From an uncultured Coprobacillus sp. (GTDB lineage: Bacteria > Bacillota_I > Bacilli_A > ML615J-28 > CAG-698), in contig CAYLPZ010000006.1 of the NCBI GenBank assembly GCA_964385755.1, forward strand, positions 7,468 to 71,467: DNA of 64,000 nt, given 5' to 3'. Within the stretch, counting starts at the first letter, position 1, and the number at the start of each line of letters is the position of its first letter. Below the pieces are notes generated by a model. The model was not told where the DNA came from and made no database searches. It saw nothing but the letters and a program-made list of their open reading frames with translations. Shown piece by piece: positions 58,388 through 64,000 of the stretch. Made by a program: the position numbers and the translations under genes.

Positions 58388-58802
58388 TTTCTTTTAAAAA
58401 CTTCTTTATTCTTAAAACGTTCTTATTATCTAAATAATTATATATAACTTCATCCATTAGATTTTTAACCATATAAATTCCTAAGCCACCGATAGGTCTA
58501 TCTTCAAGTGGTATATCAAAGTTTGGATCATCTTTTAAAAGTGGATTATATTCTACTCCTTCATCAATAAAAGTAATTTCAACCACATCATCATCACAAT
58601 TAACTTCAATATATACCTTACCATCACCTTGCAAATAAGCATATTTTGCTATGTTTACAAATATTTCCTCTGCTGCTTCTTCTAACGCAAATCTTTCTTT
58701 GAAATTGCAACTAGTATCATCTAATATTTCATTTAAAAACATTAATACAGAGCTAAGATTTTCAACTTTTGCATTTATTTCTAGTTTTTTTGCTATACTC
58801 AT
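58380..58802 (-). CDS. Anti-sigma factor / Ser kinase (RsbW/SpoIIAB-like HATPase); start at 58802
   Basis: EEIFVNIAKYAY (N box), IDEGVEYNP, GGLGIYMV; GAGG RBS before MSIAKK. Confidence 0.88.
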   Translation of the reverse strand: MSIAKKLEINAKVENLSSVLMFLNEILDDTSCNFKERFALEEAAEEIFVNIAKYAYLQGDGKVYIEVNCDDDVVEITFIDEGVEYNPLLKDDPNFDIPLEDRPIGGLGIYMVKNLMDEVIYNYLDNKNVLRIKKFLKESD

Positions 58803-58815
58803 ATTTATATCTTCC

Positions 58816-59118
58816 TCAATTAATAGTAACAATATCAATAAAACCAGTAAGTTTGAATACATTAATTATTTCATTAGGCATATTTACAATTTCAAATTTT
58901 ATATTCATTTTTTTAGTTTGTTTTACAAATAACAATACCACTCTAAGACCAGCACTTGAAATATAATGAAGTTTAGTAAAATCAAAAATTAATGATGTTA
59001 TATCATCTGTTAAAATATCATTTACTCTTTCTTCAAGAAGCATGTAGGTCTGAGTATCTAATCTTCCATCTAAATAAACTTTACAAACTTGATTTTCTCT
59101 TTCTATAATTATATTCAT
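58816..59118 (-). CDS. Stand-alone STAS anti-sigma-factor antagonist (RsbV/SpoIIAA-like)
   Basis: GRLDTQT, LHYISSAGLRVVL, VFKLTGF; 100 aa. Confidence 0.9.
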   Translation of the reverse strand: MNIIIERENQVCKVYLDGRLDTQTYMLLEERVNDILTDDITSLIFDFTKLHYISSAGLRVVLLFVKQTKKMNIKFEIVNMPNEIINVFKLTGFIDIVTIN

Positions 59119-59142
59119 ATTTATACCTTCTTCTTATTACTT

Positions 59143-59171
59143 ATTATATCACACTTTGAAAATAAACTCAA
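59143..59171 (-). promoter_or_regulatory. Sigma-A promoter of the partner-switching operon
   Basis: Minus strand TTGAGT - 17 nt - TATAAT with an extended TG (TGaTATAAT). Confidence 0.7.
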
Positions 59172-59430
59172 AAAGTAAACTAGCGTTGATAAAAATAATA
59201 ATTAATTGTTAAAATTTATGTCATCTAATAATATCATCATTACACTCTTTTAAAAGTGGAAAATTGGTTATCACATCATAGTAAAGCAATATAAGATGAT
59301 CTATCAGTTTCGCAAAATATTGCACGCATTGATTCAAATGGTACATTAGATATTTGGCTATTTAATAAAATAAAATATCAGCACCATACTTAACAAAACC
59401 CGTACACTTTTTATTGTTTATTAAAATAAA

Positions 59431-59465
59431 ATCCGATTCATAATCAAATAACTATGTAATCGGAT
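59431..59465 (-). terminator. Terminator after the CotH-family gene
   Basis: atccgatt.cata / tatg.aatcggat-type imperfect inverted repeat with A/T flanks. Confidence 0.55.
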
Positions 59466-59472
59466 ATTTTTT

Positions 59473-61137
59473 TTATTTCTTTCTATTAAATGTTGCAACT
59501 TTCAAAGTCATATAAACTTCAATACTTAGATTCCAATCACCATAAGGTTCATTATTTTCTGTTAAGCTAAATAAAACATCATCATTAATAAATAAATCTC
59601 CTAATGTTAGATCATCATTATAATGAGTGGATACAAGATTATAATAATTTTTAAAATTATCAATACTCATTAATCCTTTATTAATTACTTCTTCAATTTT
59701 TTCAATATAATCAGCTTTAATTTGACTATTTCCTTTATTAACTCCATCACCACTATCAATGATAGTTTTATGGAATAACGGATTATATGTTCGAGAGTAA
59801 CCTGTTTGTGGAGAAGCAGGTCCGTTGTCGGTACAAAAGTCACCAGTAGGATTACCACCTGGTCCTCCAGTTGAACCAAATGCTCTATCGTGATCTGTTG
59901 GAATAAAGATTATTTTATTTACTTTTCCTTCTTGAGGAACAAAATACACATATGTATTATTGTGATTTCCTCTTAGATCATCCGGGTCACCAATTAAATA
60001 TGATAACGCCAAATATGTTACATAATAATCATAGTAACTATACTGCGTCATAACATTATAAATAGTAGATGAATTTGCATTAACTAAACATTTAATGAAG
60101 TTCTTTATATCAACATGAGTTGATGTCTTTTTGTTTGTTTTTAAATCATATGGGTATTTTTTAGCGTAAAACGTCCCATCATTATTAGCAAATTGTTTTT
60201 CAACTCCAAACAAATAATCATCATATCTTTCAAAGGTTGCTCCTTCATTACTCCATCCAAGTTTATATAAATCACCAGAAGTATAATCTTTTAACATATT
60301 TCTTTTTAAGAAATCTTTATCAATGGTTTCAACCATTAAATACACTCCCGCATTTTGTTTATCACCACTAATATTCATAGTAACATTAGCAAGATTAGTT
60401 CTTGGTGCTAAAAGGCCCATAGCACGATACAGTTCATATGCGTATGCTTCCTTTAGATATGTTGCATCCTTATTTCGATTAAATCTAATATCTATTTTCT
60501 TAAGTCCAAAAAGAGATCTTTCTTCAAGGTAAGCAAGTAAATCATCACTCAAATCATAACTATCTTTTCTGTAATCATCATCAAAAGTTTCTGAAAAACT
60601 AAGTTTATAGTGCCTCAATTGTATTTTTCCATCATTAGTTACGATTTCTCCTCGTGAAGTATTTCCTTTTTGTCTTATTCCAACATTTTCAAAATGAATA
60701 ATAATATTATTAAAAGCAATGTCTACTGAACAAATGCGATACGACTCCTCATTTTTAACTAAATGATAATCAGACATTTTTTTAAGTTCACCTTTTGTTA
60801 TATTAATATTAAACTTAACTTCATTATTAAAATCAAATAAATCCAATAATCCTTGCTTGTATTTTGTTTGGAAAATGTCATTCATTTTGCCTTTTACTTC
60901 TTCACATAATTTATCATAATTATATTTTAATTTACTTTCACTAATATTTTTTAATGTGGCAATATAATCTCCATACCCCAATTCATACTTTACAACATTT
61001 TCTAAGGTATCAGGGATAACAGGTTCTTCCTTTTCATCATTAGAATCGTTATTAGATAAATTACATCCAGCTAATAATATATAAGTAACTACTATCAGTA
61101 GATATAATAGATATTTTTTAATTTTTCTTATTTTCAT
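59473..61137 (-). CDS. CotH-family atypical kinase, lipoprotein
   Basis: Lipobox LAGC; GIRQKGNTSR, HYKLSF, LKEAYAYELYRAMG..APR, GVYLMVETIDKDFL, NNTYVY, IPTDHDRAFG. Confidence 0.85.
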   Translation of the reverse strand: MKIRKIKKYLLYLLIVVTYILLAGCNLSNNDSNDEKEEPVIPDTLENVVKYELGYGDYIATLKNISESKLKYNYDKLCEEVKGKMNDIFQTKYKQGLLDLFDFNNEVKFNINITKGELKKMSDYHLVKNEESYRICSVDIAFNNIIIHFENVGIRQKGNTSRGEIVTNDGKIQLRHYKLSFSETFDDDYRKDSYDLSDDLLAYLEERSLFGLKKIDIRFNRNKDATYLKEAYAYELYRAMGLLAPRTNLANVTMNISGDKQNAGVYLMVETIDKDFLKRNMLKDYTSGDLYKLGWSNEGATFERYDDYLFGVEKQFANNDGTFYAKKYPYDLKTNKKTSTHVDIKNFIKCLVNANSSTIYNVMTQYSYYDYYVTYLALSYLIGDPDDLRGNHNNTYVYFVPQEGKVNKIIFIPTDHDRAFGSTGGPGGNPTGDFCTDNGPASPQTGYSRTYNPLFHKTIIDSGDGVNKGNSQIKADYIEKIEEVINKGLMSIDNFKNYYNLVSTHYNDDLTLGDLFINDDVLFSLTENNEPYGDWNLSIEVYMTLKVATFNRKK

Positions 61138-61179
61138 AGTACTTTTTTATCCTTTCACAATAATTCATATATTTTATTA

Positions 61180-61950
61180 TTAACTTTGAATCAATAACCA
61201 TTCTAATAATTGAGCTAAAAAACAATAAATATTATTCACTTGTAACATATTTACTTGATCTATTGTATCACGACTTGTGTGCATATAATAAGCAAAGTCA
61301 GGTATAATTTCCGGTTTTTTATTTTTTGCATATTCATTAAACCACTGTAAATCTTTTGTGGTTGAACTAACTATATAATAAGTTTCGATTCCTTTTTCAA
61401 TAAAAGAACTAGCATCACCAGGTGGTAATAATTCAATTTGTTTAACATCAAATTTCTCAAATGAATTAATAAAATACAAAAAATTATCTTTTTTTATCTT
61501 ATTTAAATTACTTATATTTACTAAAACATGTTTACCACTTCCGCACATATCTAAATTAATAGCACTTTTAATTTTATTTATATTTTGGCTACAATAGAAA
61601 CTACTTCCAATCAAACCTTTTTCTTCTAAATCAGTAAACACAAAATCTATATTCGCGTTAATTTTTTCTTTATAGTCAATTATTAAATTTAATAAAATAG
61701 CGCATGCACAGGCATTATCAATAGCACCAGGATTATTAAGAATATTATCGTAATGAGCACAAAACACTATTTTCTTATCATTAATATTTTTTTCATTATA
61801 AAAAGGTACAATAATATTACCAAGACTATCATAATTTATAATTTTTTGAATAATGTATTTAACATTATTTCTTTCAAGATTAGTTATTATTGCCTCAAAT
61901 CTCTCTTTTTTGTTTGTCTTAGCGATTTGCTCTATATATTTTTTCATCAT
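61180..61950 (-). CDS. M28-family metallopeptidase
   Basis: CAHYD, GAIDNA, DLEEKGLIGS, INLDM, YMHTSRD; the zinc ligands are present. Confidence 0.85.
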   Translation of the reverse strand: MMKKYIEQIAKTNKKERFEAIITNLERNNVKYIIQKIINYDSLGNIIVPFYNEKNINDKKIVFCAHYDNILNNPGAIDNACACAILLNLIIDYKEKINANIDFVFTDLEEKGLIGSSFYCSQNINKIKSAINLDMCGSGKHVLVNISNLNKIKKDNFLYFINSFEKFDVKQIELLPPGDASSFIEKGIETYYIVSSTTKDLQWFNEYAKNKKPEIIPDFAYYMHTSRDTIDQVNMLQVNNIYCFLAQLLEWLLIQS

Positions 61951-62076
61951 CTACCCCAAATGCATTCTAAATAAATTAATAATCATATTATACCATATTA
62001 TTATTCATAATATAATTGTAAAATAGTTTTATTGCATTATTTTCTCAAATGAATAAAACACTAATGTAATTAAAAA

Positions 62077-62103
62077 CTGAATTGTTAGTTTTTAACAATT
62101 CAG
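62077..62103 (-). terminator. Strong terminator after the TIR-LRR gene
   Basis: Perfect 11-bp stem ctgaattgtta/taacaattcag with A/T flanks. Confidence 0.8.
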
Positions 62104-62120
62104 ATTTTTTTTATAAAAAT

Positions 62121-63698
62121 TTATTTTGTAGTGTAAGGAATACCTTTTGACTCACAATATTTTGCGGCAGGAGAATTGTTATTGCACACAACAGTTACAT
62201 TGTTACAACCGCTTAACATACCCCAACCATATTCAATAACACTATCTGGGATAACAAATCTCTTAAGTGATGAACATCCACGAAAAGCAGAATCATCAAT
62301 GCGTATAATTGAATCAGGTAATACAAGTTCTTCTAGTTCTGTACAGTTACAAAATGCGCCTTCACCAATTTCTGTTACACTATCAGGAATTATTATATGT
62401 TTCAAATTGCTACCATAAAATGCCCAGTCACAAATTAGCATAACAGAATCAGGTATTTCATAGAAATCTTCACCATCATTTACAGCATAGGAAATAAGAG
62501 AAGATTTATTCTTATTAAATAGTACGTTATTTACTGTTTTAAAGAATTTATTTTTACTATCGACTTCAACAGATCTAAGGCTTGTACAACCACGGAAAAC
62601 GCCATAACCTATATTATTTACTTTTTGTGGAATATAAATATCTAATAAACTTTGGCAATCCTTAAAAGCATTCTTACCAATTTTATTTAAATCAGAGTTA
62701 AGCTTGATTGTTTGTAAATTCAAACATCCACTAAACACCATATCATCAATCTTGGTAACAGGATCAGGAATAACAATTTCTTTTAATTGTGCACAATCAG
62801 CAAATGCACTTTCTCCTAAAATTGTAAGCTTTTCAGGTAGTTTTATTGTTTCAAGTGATTTACAACTATTAAATACACCACTATATAGTTCTGTTATACT
62901 ATTTTCAAGTTCTATATTTTTTAAAGAAGCACAGTTTTCAAAACAACGTTCACTAATTTCTAATCCATCACCAACTACAGTAAGTGACTTAAGAGATACA
63001 CAATCACGGAATGCACTTTCTCCTACCTTTTTTATATTGCTTGGTAAATAAACAGATTTTAAAGACTTGCAACCACGAAAAGCTTCTTTATTGATTTGTG
63101 CTACTTCTTGACCAAAATCAATTTTTTCTAAGCTTTCACAATTCTTAAATGCATTATTTCCGATAATGCGTACACCTGAAGGAATAGCTAGAGAAGTACT
63201 ACCATCCTTGCATTTTACAAGTACATCTCCTTCAGTTTGTAAGCTACGCATTGTCTCTATTGGTAACCCAGAAATCAATTTATAAATATATTTTTCATCA
63301 TTTTGATTTTTTAAGTGTTGAAGATTTTCTAAAATCATTTTTAGTGGTGCAGGGATCTGTACTGATTCATTAAGATACACTGGGTAGATTTTTTTATCAT
63401 ATTTGTATGCGGTAATAATTTCCATTCCACAATATTTTGAAGCCATAGAAGCATCAGATATAAAGATTAAAAACGCAGAACAATTTACTATTCGGCTACG
63501 TAATTCTTCACGAAAATCTTCTCCAATTTCCATTGTATCATCATACCAAAATCTATACTTTTCTTTCTCAATTATTTTCAATATCTTATACACTTCTTTT
63601 GTATCCGCATGAGAATAGCTAACAAATATATATGGTTCATTACCATCATACGAATCAAGATTCAACTGAGTTATTTCTTTGTTTAAATTTTCAACCAT
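62121..63698 (-). CDS. TIR domain fused to about 13 BspA-type leucine-rich repeats; start at 63698
   Basis: GGAGGGG RBS; TIR IFVSYSHAD..FWYD..FLIFIS..SKYCGMEI..IYPVYL; 23-aa repeats of the type IPxxVxxIGxxAFxxCxSL; no signal peptide or TM. Confidence 0.88.
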   Translation of the reverse strand: MVENLNKEITQLNLDSYDGNEPYIFVSYSHADTKEVYKILKIIEKEKYRFWYDDTMEIGEDFREELRSRIVNCSAFLIFISDASMASKYCGMEIITAYKYDKKIYPVYLNESVQIPAPLKMILENLQHLKNQNDEKYIYKLISGLPIETMRSLQTEGDVLVKCKDGSTSLAIPSGVRIIGNNAFKNCESLEKIDFGQEVAQINKEAFRGCKSLKSVYLPSNIKKVGESAFRDCVSLKSLTVVGDGLEISERCFENCASLKNIELENSITELYSGVFNSCKSLETIKLPEKLTILGESAFADCAQLKEIVIPDPVTKIDDMVFSGCLNLQTIKLNSDLNKIGKNAFKDCQSLLDIYIPQKVNNIGYGVFRGCTSLRSVEVDSKNKFFKTVNNVLFNKNKSSLISYAVNDGEDFYEIPDSVMLICDWAFYGSNLKHIIIPDSVTEIGEGAFCNCTELEELVLPDSIIRIDDSAFRGCSSLKRFVIPDSVIEYGWGMLSGCNNVTVVCNNNSPAAKYCESKGIPYTTK

Positions 63699-63746
63699 AA
63701 TTCCCCTCCAAAAAATTAACATATATATTTAATGGTTTACATTTAG

Positions 63747-63774
63747 TTAATAATTATAAATTAATAATTATAAA
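63747..63774. repeat. 14-bp tandem duplication (ttaataattataaa x2) in the intergenic gap
   Basis: Exact direct repeat at 63747-63760 and 63761-63774. Confidence 0.8.
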
Positions 63775-64000
63775 TTATAGAAAGACAAGATATAATGCAC
63801 CTAAAGCAACGAAAAGTGTTGGTATTGCGACACTCACACCCATTTTGATAAAATCAAGATAACTAAATTTTTCACCATGCTTATTAAGAATTGAACTCCA
63901 CATGATACCTGCTAAAGCACCTATAGGTGTCAAGAACGCACCAATATTTGAACCAAATATGGTTGCGAAAACTGCAGGTAAACTAGCATTTGCATTTGTA
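63775..64000 (-). CDS. C-terminus of an ArsB/NhaD/SLC13-type membrane transporter (5' part outside the window)
   Basis: Hand translation ..FATIFGSNIGAFLTPIGALAGIMW..GEKFSYLDFIKMG..LYLVFL*, a typical ion-transporter superfamily C-terminus. Confidence 0.7.
   Translation of the reverse strand, partial: TNANASLPAVFATIFGSNIGAFLTPIGALAGIMWSSILNKHGEKFSYLDFIKMGVSVAIPTLFVALGALYLVFL

Noticed and set aside
59200-59400. Plus-strand coding-like fragment (DDLSVSQNIARIDSNGTLDIWLFNK...)
   Set aside because: No start or RBS, interrupted frames and no recognisable family; at most an unidentifiable relic
459-63612. Dozens of 60-250 aa plus-strand ORFs in the track (for example 1671-1973, 9027-9779, 11869-12267, 23181-23654, 47401-47709, 54659-54970) and short alternative-frame minus ORFs
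   Set aside because: They lie antisense to, or out of frame within, well-supported genes, have no RBS or motifs, and show the S/I/F/L-rich composition of reverse-translated coding DNA
62121-63698. Assignment to Thoeris, CBASS or another named defence system
   Set aside because: None of the required partner genes (ThsA, CD-NTase, pAgo, STAND NTPase) is present in the window
63747-63774. 14-bp tandem repeat as a duplicated promoter or operator for the TIR-LRR gene
   Set aside because: Each copy contains TATAAT on the minus strand, but I found no properly spaced -35; a two-copy AT-only duplication is easily due to slippage
1-64000. CRISPR array, tRNA/rRNA, integrase or transposase, prophage genes
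   Set aside because: I saw no regularly spaced 25-40 bp repeats, tRNA-like GC stems with T-loop motifs, or recombinase/phage motifs; this is by-eye inspection only
1-64000. Extreme minus-strand gene bias as a sign of a single mobile element or inversion
   Set aside because: Strong leading-strand co-orientation is normal in low-GC Bacillota and Mollicutes, and no element boundaries were seen

Overview
A very AT-rich bacterial chromosome segment (GC roughly 25-30% by eye, not computed) read with genetic code 11. About 45 real genes lie on the minus strand and only one convincing gene on the plus strand; the many short plus-strand ORFs in the track are antisense shadows. Abundant lipoproteins, a PotA with a Mollicutes-like insertion, an oversized OppA and a bile salt hydrolase suggest a gut Acholeplasmatales/Anaeroplasmataceae-like or related uncultured Bacilli lineage (inference). 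I found no tRNA, rRNA, CRISPR array, integrase or transposase. Modules from left to right: (1) truncated potA; (2) a five-gene operon YwaF-like / BaiE-like / flavodoxin-ferredoxin / Nudix-like / bile salt hydrolase; (3) Trx plus a TrxR lacking NADPH motifs; (4) a CNNM/CorC transporter and an orphan; (5) a SipW signal peptidase operon with three TasA-like subunits and an unannotated 46-aa membrane peptide; (6) nitroreductase, FAD/Rieske oxidoreductase and GNAT genes; (7) a tightly packed ~31.6-kb run (53636 to 22040) encoding a 2487-aa S8 protease with BspA LRRs, oppABCDF, a redoxin lipoprotein, a CxxC-tailed membrane protein, a 4Fe-4S/redoxin fusion, MoxR-DUF58-VWA-VWA and a paralogous lipoprotein, followed by two more Ig-domain lipoproteins; (8) a sigma-less partner-switching operon whose STAS domains are fused to a phosphotransferase and a (p)ppGpp-hydrolase-like HD domain; (9) CotH kinase and M28 peptidase; (10) a cytoplasmic TIR-LRR protein; (11) the 3' end of an ArsB/NhaD-type transporter. 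The strongest candidates for undescribed systems are the MoxR/VWA plus thiol-redox locus, the STAS-enzyme switch, the TIR-LRR protein and the BSH/BaiE-like operon. All family assignments come from motif recognition, without database searches.
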